From the NCBI GenBank assembly GCA_951406725.2, contig OX597825.1, forward strand, positions 26,474,001 through 26,538,000: a DNA stretch of 64,000 nt. The letters run 5' to 3'. The notes under the pieces are model-generated. The model saw only the letters and a program-made list of their open reading frames with translations, was not told where the DNA came from and searched no databases. Source of the stretch: Octopus vulgaris. Lineage: Eukaryota. The position numbers were made by a program, and so were the translations under genes. Shown one piece after another: positions 27,082 to 43,720 of this stretch (positions are counted from its first letter, which is position 1; every line of letters begins with the position of its first letter).

Positions 27082-27455
27082 AATGAAGTATGATTTACGT
27101 TTCATTGTGGAAATGCTGCAAATAATAAAAAAATGTACAATATGTGTACATTATTCTGTTACTGTCGACATTTCAGTGTTCTATTCACAATACCAAAACA
27201 TGATATTGCGAAACTAGACACTCTGTCGAACGAATTTCAAAATGCTTCAAATTCTCATCATCTTACGAATGAAGTATGATTTACGTTTCATTGTGAAAAT
27301 GCTGCAAATAATAAAAAAAAAGTACAATATGTGTACATTATTCTGTTACCGTCGACATTTCAGTGTTCTATTCACAATACCAACATATATTATTGCGAAA
27401 CTATACACTCTGTCGAAAGAATTTCAAAATGCTTCAAATTCTCATCATCTTACGA
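27082..27455. repeat. Tandem duplication of a unit of about 186 bp
   Basis: AATGAAGTATGATTTACGTTTCATTGTG...CTCATCATCTTACG occurs twice head-to-tail. Confidence 0.9.
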
Positions 27456-28489
27456 AACACATTAAGGTGTTGAGCTGAGAGAATTGTTAGCATGCCGGAC
27501 AAAATGCTGAATAGCATTCCTCCGTCTTTGTAATCTGTGTTCACATTCTTCCAATGTCGAATTTGCTTTTGATCCTTTTCGATATCAGCAAAATAAGTAC
27601 TAACCATACTATGAGGTCGATATAATCCACCCCCGTCTCCATCAAAATGTTCAGGCCTTGAAAGTACAAATTTAAAAAACAAATGCATTTTCAATAATCC
27701 CACTGAAATCGATATCTCACGTTAAGTATTGCTATCATACATATATTGAACTTTGAGTATTACAGAATATAGGCAACCGCATGAAAAGATATTTAGTGTC
27801 CAATGACATTATATATTAATACAAATAATATACGCCACGGGGAAGGGAAATATCAAAAAGACAAACACATCGAGAATGATCCACACTTAATTAAATTTGT
27901 GAAATTGCCAGTCAGGATCTAGAGCGACAATTTGGAAAAAACAAAGGGGTACTTTTATTGAAGACACTGAAGAGTATAGTAAAGTATTACTCTACAACAA
28001 AGTTTCAGGGTTTCGAATTTATGAGGCAAGAAAATATTTCTGCCTCACCAGCAAAGGTTTTTGATGAAAATATTTATCAAATGTTTAGCGTCAATGAACT
28101 TTCCAATTTATGTGTGAGAGTCCGGGTGAAGATACACATACGCACATATACAATTACTTATTTGTGTATGCATATTCGCACGTCCATTAATTTTTAGTTT
28201 CTTTTTCATCGGTCACCTTTCTGTAGGCGTCGTTGCAATGACAAAGAAGTTGTCATCGTCTGTTGCATAAGCGTTCATCCTTTCACTTATTAGAAGGTTT
28301 TACAAACTTTGAAGATTCCAGATACCGCAGTCATTTATTGCTGAAAATCTATGATCAGTCAGATTATAACTCGTTTAGATGAGTTATAAACTGTATCTCT
28401 AATAACAACGGGTACCGTGGATACAGTCTCTGCTGTCTACATATAAGTGGTTTGTAGATATCCGCCTTACCTTGCAGATGTTTCCCCAT

Positions 28490-28779
28490 ATTGCCAATCT
28501 ACAAAAATTAAAATGTATAAGCAAGAGGCACATGCTGGATTGGCCTCGTGTTTATATGTTTAATCTTGGCGCGCCTTTTCAAGAAGATTCGCCTAGCAAA
28601 TTATATTATTTGCTAAAATAATTCAGAAATCATGGTGAAGGAAATGGATGGTAAATATTTTTTTCTTTATTATTCCCTTCGAAAAATTATACCTAATTAG
28701 TGGCTTTGGATTTTAGCTGCTTTTCTACCATAAAGGATTCCAATGATGAAAACATCTTAATGTGTTTAAATGTACACTG
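28490..28779. mobile_element. Diverged single arm of the fold-back MITE seen at 17707-18400
   Basis: Collinear with 18130-18400; ends AAATGTACACTG-TA. Confidence 0.8.
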
Positions 28780-28909
<130 letters not shown>

Positions 28910-28976
28910 GAGTGGTAAGAAGCTTGCTTCTCAAAGACATAACGACATGCTTTCGGGAAACTAAAAGAAGCCCGTC

Positions 28977-29018
<42 letters not shown>

Positions 29019-29212
29019 GTGTCTGTTTTTGTTCTCCCAGCATCCCTTGACAGTCTGTGTTTATGTCCCTGGAAAGTAGCGGTTCGGCAAAACAGACCGA
29101 GAGAATAAGCACAAGGCGTACAAAGAATACGTCCCGGCGTTGATTTTGTCCGGATGTATGTACTGCTCCAGCATGGACCAAGTCAAATGGGGTGAAAAAA
29201 GTAAAAGAATAA
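28910..29212 (+). mobile_element. SINE family A, internally deleted and decayed
   Basis: GTGGTAAGAAGCTTGCTT head, GGTTCGGCAAAACAGACCG body, CTCCAGCATGG tail. Confidence 0.75.
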
Positions 29213-29386
29213 ACAAATGTATATAAAATTCTCTGTATGCAAATGTGTGCGACATGCTGTGCACTTGCTCTACTAACAGCTGCAAAGGGTATATTTAATA
29301 TATGTTTTTTATGTTATCTTGTAGTTCGACAACCTGCTTGTAAGTGCGTAAACATGTATATACATGTATATATTTATGTGAGTCTG

Positions 29387-29429
<43 letters not shown>

Positions 29430-29458
29430 TGTTTATATATATATATTATATATACATA

Positions 29459-29840
29459 TCTCTCTCTATATAAACGGCAGTTTGTCTGTGCGTTTTCTTT
29501 GTGTCTGTTTTCTCGTACCCTCACTCTGACCACGGCTTTCAACCGATTCTGATGAAACTTGACACACACATAGCCCAATGTCATAATTCAAAACTAACGC
29601 AGCGAAAATTTTGAAAAGTTCCCCCAGTTCTGAAAAAGATCGATAAATTCGACATGGGGTCGAGAATCTGAAACCCAAACCACAGACCGTCTAGGGGACG
29701 CAACTCCACCTTTTTTATCCCTCAAAAAAATTTACCATAATTTTTTTTCCATTTTTTGCTATTTTTGGGCTATAACTCTCTAAAAATGCTTTATAGTTAT
29801 TTCCCTTACAAACCTGAGCAACGCCGGGCGATACTGCTAG
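29459..29840 (+). mobile_element. Non-autonomous Helitron
   Basis: A|TC start, subterminal GC-rich hairpin-like CCTGAGCAACGCCGGG, end CTAG|T, no TSD. Confidence 0.8.
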
Positions 29841-29888
29841 TATACATATACAAATATATATGCATACATATGTAATTATGTATATGTA

Positions 29889-29933
<45 letters not shown>

Positions 29934-29956
29934 GCTCACACATTCACACACACACG

Positions 29957-30011
<55 letters not shown>

Positions 30012-30409
30012 TGCTTTCGTTTTGTAATTTAAATATTTGTTTGATTTATTCCAGATTTATACGTTGATTTTCCAAAATTATTGTAAAAATATATACGAAT
30101 GTGTTATTTCTATATTTTGCTTTCCTGCGGTTCAAAACGAATGTCACGATTTTTCCTGAAAAATCCTTGTCATATAGCGAAAGTTAAGAGGATATTAACG
30201 GATGCCGTTATAATACGGGTAACGTTACACGTGTGTGATATTTTTGCGTTCATTATTTGCTATTATTTGTTATGTGTATTCATATGTCTATTTTAGTTCT
30301 ATTTCCATATACCATTTGAGATCCAGAGTTGAAAAGGCGATGCTATTGTGTAAGAATTAAATGGAAGAATAGAATTACCAAGGAAGACTTACAAACATGT
30401 AAAAATACA

Positions 30410-30813
30410 GCCGTAGGAATGGCTCTGTGGTAAGTAGCTTGCTTACGAACCACATGGTTCCGGGTTCAGCCTCACTGCGTGGCATCTTGTGCAAGTCTTT
30501 TCTACTATAGCCTTGGGTCTACTAAAGCTTTGTGATTGGATTTGGTAGACGGAAACTGAAAGAAACCCGTCGTATATATATATATGTATGTGTGTGTATA
30601 TGTTTGTGTGTCTATGTTTTTCCCCCCAACATCGCTTGACAACTGATGCTGGTGTGTTTACACCCCATAACTTAGAGGCTGGTTAAAAGAGACCAATAGA
30701 ATAATTTCTAGGCTTACGAAAAATAAGTCCTGGGGTCGATTTGCTCGATTAAAGGCGGTACTCCAGCATGGCCACAGTCAAATGACTGAAACAAGTAAAA
30801 GTGTAAAAGAGTA
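30410..30813 (+). mobile_element. SINE family A, full length
   Basis: Collinear with 20850-21304. Confidence 0.9.
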
Positions 30814-31736
30814 ACTCGCACAAATACCTCTTGCTTTTATTTTTGGTGATGTCTTTCCTTCTGAGCTGACATTTTCAACACTTGAGCTTGTCAAAGTGTT
30901 AATGCATGTATTTACAAATATTATTGGTTTACTTGTCATTATTTCTTCTTTCATTGGATAACGTATCTAAATCACCTCAGTATTAATGTATATTTCCTTC
31001 ATAATGGGTTAGATATTCAAATGCATTACTATGGCAGCTTCTCAAGCGCCTGTTATACTATAAGCAATTGAGTGTAGGTGTATACCTGAACTCCTATCAA
31101 TAACTATATATACGCGAAAACATAACAATTATACTCATTCGCATGCCCACAAATACATAGATATATCATATTAGTATATATTGTTTCACATAGCGTAATC
31201 CTTCGCCATATCCTAATTATGAAATTAATATGTAAAGTGGTTAGTGTACCATTAACGTGAATCTCAGATCAAATCTGTGACATAGCGGATATTGATGGAC
31301 GTTGGAATCATAAGTAGAGTCGGCTGGCTTGTCTGAATTTGGAGTCATCCGAAAGAAATTTAATAGGACATACCAAGAAGTTAAACAGAGGGATCGAAAG
31401 AGAGACATCGGAAATGAAGAGCGAAATTCTTACACACCAATCCCTGGGTCTGTTTCCACAGCATTGCGATATAAACACACTTACAAAACTCAAGATGGAA
31501 GGCTTTTCCAAACAAATCAATAAGTCATAGCGTACTTATACATGGTAGAAGCGGTGCAACAAGGTCACAAAAAGTTTGGCAAACAGAAACATTCAATTCC
31601 AAGATGAATAAACGATATCATTCTACATATATATATGTATATATATATATAAACCTACATACACAGATATTTTCTAAGTATGTAACATTGAAAATAATTT
31701 ACAGCATATATGCACCCACTTCTCAATTTACAATTT

Positions 31737-33262
<1,526 letters not shown>

Positions 33263-33743
33263 ATCGCTGTTGATGTTGCTGTTGTGGTTATCATAATAAT
33301 ATTTGTTGTTGATGTTGTTACTGATCTTGTCGTTGTAATTTTTGAGAAATCACAAAAAAAGAAAAGACGCTCGCTAGATCATCGGGTAAAAACATTAGTG
33401 GTTTATAGTTAAGTTAATCTACCTGTTCACTTGAAATAACCTAAGGTTTGTCTACATCTTTCATCTAATCAGAGTGGATGAGTTCAGTGGTGATCATGTT
33501 CGGAGGCATTTTATAATTTAATATTTTTTCCATATATTCTATCATTGCGTCAAGCTAAGACAATATTGATTTTTAAATGAGGCATTACAAAACATCTTTG
33601 TTTAATAGTAAAGTTGATTAAGTATATCCGATTATTTTACAGATATTTGTTTCCTTGAATGTTTAACATTCGACTTTGTTTTATTCTGTGGTTATATATA
33701 TATACATACATATATATATATATATATATACATATAAATATAC

Positions 33744-33864
<121 letters not shown>

Positions 33865-34645
33865 TACATGTGCAATTTTGTGTTATATTACCTCGTAGTT
33901 TACATATGTCGTCATGAGGTTTGTATAATATTTGTGCATTCTCAAAAGATCGCTTCATTCGGTTTCTCGGAAAATTGTAGCAGACAAAAACAAAACCAAA
34001 AAGTTGTGACGAATGTATCAAATAGAAATTCGAACGTAAATGAGAATATAAAAACCTGTAAAGAAATTTAAAAGAATAAGAAAGAGAAGGGGGAAAATCC
34101 TGTATTGGATGGATGAGAAATGTACGTATGAGAAGATGTTTATGGTATAACAGTATACACAAACACACAAGCACAGCTACTCACACATACATATATCCAC
34201 ACATACACACACACACACGCGCACACACACAAATATATATATGTAGAGAGAAAGAGAGAGAGGGAGAGAGACAAGTTATGAACGTTTCAAAATCTGGATG
34301 ACATAAACATACAGAATTTAACTGATGAAACATAAAAGAATTATTCCTCGCATTTGTCTTCCTGGAGCGATAATGTCATTTAATTAACGACAGTACTTCA
34401 GAGGTGCTTAATTTACTGATGATAAATAGAGAGAATGTAGCTACTGCACAGATTAAACATCAGCACGTGAAAAATATGTAACGAATAATCACAACAGTTT
34501 TCGGTGGATGGCAATCGACCCTGGTACAACACTGACACATTATTAATCGACCACGACTAGGTGTAACGCAAATTTGATATTTTCTAGGTTTGAATTCAGA
34601 ATATAATGTGTGGTAATACAAACATTTTAGTCAGTCAGTAATATA

Positions 34646-34708
34646 ATAAAGTAATTATATCTATCAATACGGTGTTGAGCACTCATTTGCATGTTCGATA
34701 GTATTTAC

Positions 34709-34745
<37 letters not shown>

Positions 34746-34800
34746 AATACTATCGAACGATGAAAATGAGTGCTCAACAACGTATTGGTAGATATAATTT

Positions 34801-34806
<6 letters not shown>
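34646..34806. repeat. Inverted repeat (arms of about 65 bp) centred on a (TA)n tract
   Basis: ATAAAGTAATTATATCTATCAATACGGTGTTGAGCACTCATTT... versus ...AAATGAGTGCTCAACAACGTATTGGTAGATATAATTTCTTTAT. Confidence 0.85.
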
Positions 34807-34856
<50 letters not shown>

Positions 34857-35159
34857 ATGTATGTATGTAATATTCTTGATAAGAAATAGTAAATTCCTAA
34901 TGAACGTGGAATAATTATTATTTAGAATTCATTCTTCAAATACATATAGAGCTACAAATGACTGCAGAAGAATTGGGTTCAAAATCCTGTTTGGTATTTA
35001 TGCTATTATTTAAGAATATTTAAGTCATACATATGGCTTGCTGGCTAATTGTTATCATTGTTATTTATGTATTATTATTAATAATAATGATATCTATATT
35101 TACAAATAATGATAATTTAAAGTAACTAAAATATTAATGATAATAATAATAAAATAATG

Positions 35160-35215
<56 letters not shown>

Positions 35216-35216
<1 letters not shown>

Positions 35217-35941
35217 TCTGCAACGACATGATTGAGACAGTGGACCACCTAATCTCTGGATGTAAAGTCTTAGCACCAGTGGAGTATAAATTAAGACATG
35301 ACAGAGTTGGCCAATATCTACACTGGCTAATAAGTCGGCATTACAATATCAAAACTGCCGACAAGTGGTATAATCACCACCCTGAGGCTGTAACTGAAGG
35401 AGAAAATGTAACCATTCTGTGGGACTTTCCAGTACATACAGACCGAACCATCAAGGCCAATAAACCAGATATTGTTGTGAAAGACCAAAACAATAAAGTT
35501 TGCTTATTGATCGACATGAGCATCCCCTGTGATCATAATATCTCAGCGAAAGAGTTTGACAAGCTCAGAAAATATAAAGACCTACTCATTGAAATTGATA
35601 AAATGTGGCATCTCAAGGCGGTTACAATACCAGTGATCGTAGGAGCACTAGGAATGATCAAGAAGGGAACCGAAAATTATATGAGAATGATCCCTGGCTT
35701 ACCATCCCTGCAAGAAGTGCAAAAGATTGTCTTAACTGGTACATCACACGTATTGAGAAGAGCATTGTCGATGTGAGAACTGTTGCTGCTCATGTATTTT
35801 AATTTAACTTAAAAAAAAAAAATGAATGAACTATTGAGTTTGGTTTAATGGCCTACCAATGTATACTATGAGTTTCTTTGCCCTAGGAGTCAGGAAGACA
35901 CTCGGCAAGAAATGGAAGCAAATTTGAAAGAAGAAAAAAAA

Positions 35942-35942
<1 letters not shown>
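35216..35942 (+). mobile_element. 5'-truncated R4/Dong-clade non-LTR retrotransposon inserted in (TAA)n
   Basis: Uninterrupted frame to 35776: C..ETVDHLISGC (CCHC knuckle), RHDRV, ILWD, KPDIVV...IDMSIP...K..KY, IPVIVGALG (REL endonuclease). A 3' UTR and A tail follow. (TAA)n lies on both sides. Confidence 0.92.
35228..35776 (+). pseudogene. C-terminal zinc-knuckle/restriction-like endonuclease fragment of the R4/Dong ORF (182 aa)
   Basis: The ORF track translation has the REL motifs. The RT domain is absent owing to 5' truncation. Confidence 0.85.
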
Positions 35943-35974
<32 letters not shown>

Positions 35975-35986
35975 TATAATAATAAT

Positions 35987-36310
35987 TGGGGAGCATTATA
36001 GCCATGTGTTGAGAGGGATTCTTTGGGGTTTGAATAAATCACCTTTTGAAACATGGGTGTTTCATTCAACATCCTTAAACAATCCTTATTCAGGGACCTT
36101 TTGAGCAGGATGGGTTACTCGACCAGAAGAAAATTCTAACTGGGTCCCACCTGCAAGGTCATGTGCTGCTTATCTAGATATTAGATCACAATGTCGCACA
36201 CATATGGTTGTGATGCATGTGTCTAGTGTACCCTTATCAGACGGGTAGTCATGATGGGTATACTGGGCTTCATATATTTTACCCCAGTGTCACATCCACT
36301 GCCCGCTCAC
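35987..36310. mobile_element. Unclassified non-coding interspersed repeat embedded in (TAA)n
   Basis: GC-richer block of about 320 bp with sharp (TAA)n boundaries on both sides, next to the Dong copy. Confidence 0.45.
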
Positions 36311-36312
36311 TA

Positions 36313-36358
<46 letters not shown>

Positions 36359-36557
36359 TAAATAGTGATATCTTAAGGTAAATAAAAACCAACTAAAATG
36401 ATTTATCATCCGCCGGATTATTTGTATTCTAGTTGATGAAGATGGATAAACAGGGGAAGGTATTTTATACACTGCTTAACTGACTTTGACTTCAAATTAT
36501 CAAATGATGATGATAATGACGACGACAATGATAATGACGATGACGACGACGATGATA

Positions 36558-36608
<51 letters not shown>

Positions 36609-36609
36609 T

Positions 36610-36641
<32 letters not shown>

Positions 36642-36684
36642 TTGCTGATAACGATGATGACATATGTATGTATATCATTATGAA

Positions 36685-37165
36685 ATTTTATTTAAAGTGT
36701 TCTTGTCTATTGAGAAAGAGCCGGTTTTTAACGTAAATCCAAGAAAACATCATCGGAAATTCCACAGCATCAACAGGCTTTGTATATATGCTTGTATGTA
36801 CATATATGTATGTATGTATTCTATGTAGTCATGTATATGTGCAGATTTATACGTCTTGTTTTATGTATGTATCCTCATGCATATAGCTGCATGTCTGGAT
36901 GTGCTCATATGTAATTAAATGACAAACTTCTGTAAAGTTTCACAGATTTCTACAGTTCCAGTGATAGATCGGATGTGTAGTCTTCGAATGAGCTTTTCCC
37001 TTTCTGGTTTTGAGAAGCGTAATTTTTCAATATTGGTAATACGGCAGTGTGTTACATATCCAATTGCCCCAGTAATTACAGATATAAAACTGATCTTGTA
37101 ATCTGGATAGAGAAACTGTAGATTTCTCAATAGTTCAGCGTATTTTCTTTATCCCTGATCATTAG
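36685..37165 (-). mobile_element. 3' end of the same R4/Dong-type family as 3100-4650
   Basis: LRNLQFLYPDYKISFISVITGAIGYVTHC...SITGTVEIC, plus a homologous 3' UTR. Confidence 0.85.
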
Positions 37166-37244
37166 CTTTCTGTTAACAAAAACAACAACAACAGCAGCAA
37201 TAATAACAATAATAATAATAATAATAATAACACTAGTAGTAGTA

Positions 37245-37308
<64 letters not shown>

Positions 37309-37949
37309 TAATAATAATAATAATAATAGTAATGGCCAATAAGCAATATAGCCATAAATATCCATGTATGGCTTTAATTTTATTTTATTTTGAATGTTAT
37401 TCATCCGAAGAAAATATTTTTTGCTCTTATATGATGCAATTCATTTGTTTCATAAAACAGATGTAATGAAGATCAGTACATTCGTATTAAATATATATAA
37501 TTTGCGTGTGTGTATGTGTATGTCAGTGTGTGCGGTTGCAGCCAAACCTGATTCCATTCCTGTTTACACTTCATAGAAATGATAATATTGTTATAAGATA
37601 ATATTATAACATAATATTAATTTTTCCATACTTACTATAAATATATTCATTTCTAAATTTCTCCGTTGAAGTTGGGGCTTCAAATTGTCCTGTGGCTTTT
37701 TCGAATGTATATAAACGAAAAAATTGCTATATCAAAGATATATTGCTCACATCAATAGAGAAGTAAAATCATACAAGGAGACTCAATACAAAATAAGTAT
37801 ACATTCGTAGAATGACGAAAAAACCAGTAGCATATTAATCCGGCCTCAGGTTCAATATTAACAACTTTCATCTTGATAAAATAAAATTACACCGATCGTT
37901 CAAAGTTTGAAAATAGTGATACTAACAAAAACAAGAAAAATATTTACTT

Positions 37950-38145
37950 CAAATTTTGGCATAAGGTCAGTAGTTTGAGGACAGGGGTTATTCGATTTCA
38001 TCGACTCTAGTGGTCAACTGGTACTTATACTATCGGCCCAAAAATAATGAAAGGCGAAGTGAAACATGGGCGGAATTTCAACTTAGAACCAAAATATGGA
38101 TGAAATGTGTTAAACTTCCTACCGATTCCGCCGGGTCGCCTCCTT
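37950..38145 (-). mobile_element. SINE family B, decayed
   Basis: TCGAC..CAACTGGTACTTAT..ATGAAAGGCGAAGT..GGCGGAATTT core. Confidence 0.7.
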
Positions 38146-38931
38146 AACAACATCGATCATTTTGAAGAAGGAAACAAATAATGATGATTTAGTTAGGCTT
38201 CATAATGATTATGATACATTGCAGTGAATTCTACAAAAGGACAGAACGCAAAGTTTTAAGTATATGAAGAAAACCAACAATGCAGATGAACTTTAGCGGT
38301 GTATGAACTTCGACGGTTATTTTTTTCCTCTCATTCACCTCACGATTTTTGTCCTTTAAACATCGGTGTAAGTTCTTTCTTATTTCAATGTTTATCTTAT
38401 GCATCTTGAAAAATAAAGAAAGAAGAAACTGAAACCAAAGTCTTTTTTATGGTTTCCTTCGTTTTTCTGGAACTTTCGTGTATCACCTAGGGTTGCATAG
38501 TGCAGTCTACTTCATTTATTTACATATCTCGAAATCTTTTTGGGAGGATGATTGTGTTTCAATGAATTTGTTGCATAGACACACTGCAACATATACCGCT
38601 GAGAATTAAGAAAAAAGTCTATACATTTCTCGACTACTCAACATCCAACACATTTTCCAAATTTATATACCCAAGCATGCAAGCAAATACTCTTGTTTGT
38701 TAGTATCTAAGTAGCCATATACAAACATACATAAATACACACACACACATGCACACATAACTATGTGTTTTCGGAGAATTTATGTTCAAATGTTGTATAA
38801 AAATACATAGCTCATATATTAATACATGCACATTATACGCACACATACACGCACACACATATATATATATATATATGTATTTGTGAGTGAGTGTGTGTGA
38901 GTATACATATATATTTATATATGTGTATGTA

Positions 38932-38971
<40 letters not shown>

Positions 38972-39001
38972 CGTATATATATATACATATATATATATAC
39001 T

Positions 39002-39048
<47 letters not shown>

Positions 39049-39325
39049 CATGTGTTGGATAAGAAGGCTAGCATTGTTCTCCTGCAGAGAATTCACAGCA
39101 ATAATCGAACGTACCACATGGGTTGGTGGTACATTTCTCCATCTTGAATGCGAAAACTACCAAACTACACAAAACTGTGCGGGATTTTGAAATAAATATA
39201 GATATCAGAGGATACATCTCCTAATTGCTATTACCCTAGCACGGTATAGACATTATCGTTTGCAGACACAATCTCTCACACACTTAATTTTTGTCTCTCA
39301 TTACACGATTATATGTGTATCAAAA

Positions 39326-39717
39326 ATGGATGGATGGAAGCACTCCGTCGGTTACGACGACGAGGGTTCCGGTTGATCCGAATCAACGGAACAGTCTGCT
39401 CGTGAAATTAACGTGTAAGTGGCTGAGCACTCCTCAGACACGTGTACCCTAACGTAGTTCTCGGGGATATTCAGCGTGACACAGAGAGTGACAAGGCCGG
39501 CCCTTTGAAATACAGGTACAACAGAAACAGGAAGTAAGAGTGAGAGAAAGTTGTGGTGAAAGAATACAGCAGGGATCATCACCATCCCTGCTGCAGCCTC
39601 GTGGAGCTTTAGGTGTTTTCGCTCAATAAACACACACAACGCCCGGTCTGGGAATCGAAACCGCGATCCTACGACCGCGAGTCTGCTGCCCTAACCACTG
39701 GGCCATTGCGCCTCCTC
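39326..39717 (-). mobile_element. tRNA-derived SINE, family C, full length with TSD
   Basis: Head GGCGCAATGGCCCAGTGGTTAGGGCAGC...GGTTTCGATTCCC (A and B boxes), tail (CCAT)n, TSD GTGTATCAAA (39315) / GTGTACCAAA (39719). Confidence 0.9.
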
Positions 39718-40140
39718 GGTGTACCAAACATATTCATGATATCACATGATATATACAAATTCAGAAAACTACAACCCACATGAATTTACGTTGATATCGA
39801 CCGATTTTGACGTCAACTTATTTTTAACTCTACAATTAGGTGTGCATAATTATGCGTGCTCAAATTATGCCTACACAGTTATGTGTGCACAAATTTTGAT
39901 GTATTTAACCTGTATGTTATAACATATAATTACCTTTCAACAATGTATTACACTATTTGAACGAATCATTAAGTTCTGAATCCATGAACCGCAGATGAAA
40001 ATATTGTCTATAGCCACTCCGAAGAAGATAAAATATTATATCAGTTAACCCACTGATGCTGATATATTAGAGTTTTCCAGATCCCCATATATATATATCT
40101 AGTAGTTATAGTGGAAAATATTATGATTAGGAGGAGACTT

Positions 40141-40891
<751 letters not shown>

Positions 40892-41969
40892 GGGACAAGA
40901 ACGTAAAACATTTAGAAGACGAGACAAAAAGCACGGACGGGACATTCGAAGCCTTCAATCTTCAGTCAAGAACCGGATCATCCTAGCAATTTCGGCTAAT
41001 TAATCTTGAGATCGCTCCGAACCGGCCAGCCCCAAGGAAAAACTAAGCCACGAGCATTAGATTTCTTGGAAAAGGGATCGAATGTATACGAAACAGGGAC
41101 AGAAAAATGGATGATGCCACACGAATATAAAATACAAAAAAACAATAAAGTAAAAACTGGACAAAAACAACGGGTGTCTTACGACTAATAGACAGTACAA
41201 CTTAGTTTAGCTGGCGTATTTGGAAAAAATGCCTTTTTCGGCAGACGAAGACAATGATGTTCTCATGGTGCTGGTTAGAAGCCGAAAGGCTGGTTGACCA
41301 GCGGTCATATATATCATACATAATATAATATAATATAATAGAACTTTTAGGTGCCAAGCATTCCAATATTACAAGTAAACGATGATGATAGACCAGTAGT
41401 TGTATATAATAGAATATATACCCTTACAATCGATTCAGGGATTTATGTTTGTATTGCACGAATAGACACATTTCCCTCATCAGAGGTACATTAAGCGATT
41501 AAAATATGTTATAAATAGATTTCAAAGAGTTTTAAAATAGTTTTAAAATATTATTTCGTTACACAGTATAGGAGAGTTATAAATTAATGTAATAGTGTTT
41601 TAGAAAGTTTGTAAAGATATTGTAAAAATCTTTATAATATGAAAAATATTTGTAGAAAATAGAATGCTTGTTCAAATAAAGATGACATTTTTGTAAAAGT
41701 AGAATGTGTAGTTCGATAAAAATTGCGAACCTTATATCGTATGAACATTTTTATATAAACTGAATGAGGGCAAGAGTCAAAGTTCAACCTAATTTAATAG
41801 TTTAAATATGCTTAAATAGTTTAAATAGTTTCTACTTCACGATTTTAATTATAAAACAACTCTTGTAGGTATACACTAATGATAAACAAATAATTGTTTA
41901 AATAAATTTGACAACGAATAAAGGTTTTTTCGAAATCATGTGAAATTTCAACAACAAATTCTGATATAT

Positions 41970-42001
<32 letters not shown>

Positions 42002-42107
42002 GTCTCCCCAATAGCGCATGATAGATTTTCTTGACTAAAGTCTCTGCTCCAGCATGGCCACAGTCAAATGACTGAAACAAATGTATATATGTATATATCA
42101 GTGTATG

Positions 42108-42183
<76 letters not shown>

Positions 42184-42743
42184 GAGAGAGAAATATAGAA
42201 ATATACATATATATATTCATACATACATACTTATCGATATGTACACACAGACACAAATATATGCAAGCATGCATTTTCTTGGTTATTTTCAAGCCGCCTT
42301 TGCCCGATTTACTTTTCAATTTCCTTCTTCCTGTTCTGAATCATTTAGTTTCCATGCAAAAATTTTAATATAAGAGAAAATAGATTGTTAATTTCAAATC
42401 TTCATTCCCCCGCACACAGACTTAACCGCTATATTTTAATGAACCGTCAAGTCAACATAATGTAGCCTATTCGTACGGAGGCGAAATATTGGCGCCTCAT
42501 AGTCATTTCAAGACTAACTAATTGCTCGTATAACTTAAAGCTTTATTTCAATTCTGAAAGCAAAACTAATATTTTATTTTCTGTATATTTGTTTGTTTTT
42601 TGTTTTTTTTAAAATTTATTACTCTTATATTATTAGAATTCAATTTAAATGTTAGAAATCAATTTAATTTTATCATAATTGTAATTACTTTTTTTAATGA
42701 ATGTTGTAGTAATCATCATTATTGTTACTATTATTATTAAGGT

Positions 42744-42883
42744 TCTTCTTCTTCTTCTTCTTCTTCTTTTTCTTCTTCTTCTTCCTTCCTTCCTCCTCTT
42801 CTTCTTCTTCTTCTTCTTCTTCCTTCCTCCTCTTCTTCTTCTGCTTCTTCTTCTTCTGCTTCTTCTTCTTCTGTTTCTTCTTC

Positions 42884-42946
<63 letters not shown>

Positions 42947-43030
42947 GTAGTAGTAGTAGTAGTAGTAGTAGTAGCAGTAGTAGTAGTAGTAGTAGTAGTA
43001 GTAATAGTAGTAGCAGTAGTAGTAGTATTA
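42744..43030. repeat. Compound (CTT)/(CAT)/(ATT)/(AGT) microsatellite
   Basis: Direct reading. Confidence 0.95.
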
Positions 43031-43271
43031 CGTGTGAAATCTGAACTTATTCGCATTCATTTCCTTATTAATGGAATTACTATTTTACTGAATCTGTCTT
43101 ATTTTTGTAATTAGCGTTGAAGGAAATATTAAAGTAACAAATGGATTGCAATGAAAGAAATTCAGAGGGAAAAATGTTAAGAAATCATTGTCGATGGTAT
43201 TTCACAATGTCTCTATTTTTCTTGAATTTTGTCGGAATGTGTGGAAAATCCCACCCGCGATGTGTCCTTGT

Positions 43272-43720
<449 letters not shown>

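Noticed and set aside
39640-39712. tRNA-like sequence with A and B boxes
   Set aside because: It is the head of a SINE, continuing into a body, tail and TSD, and the cloverleaf is incomplete.
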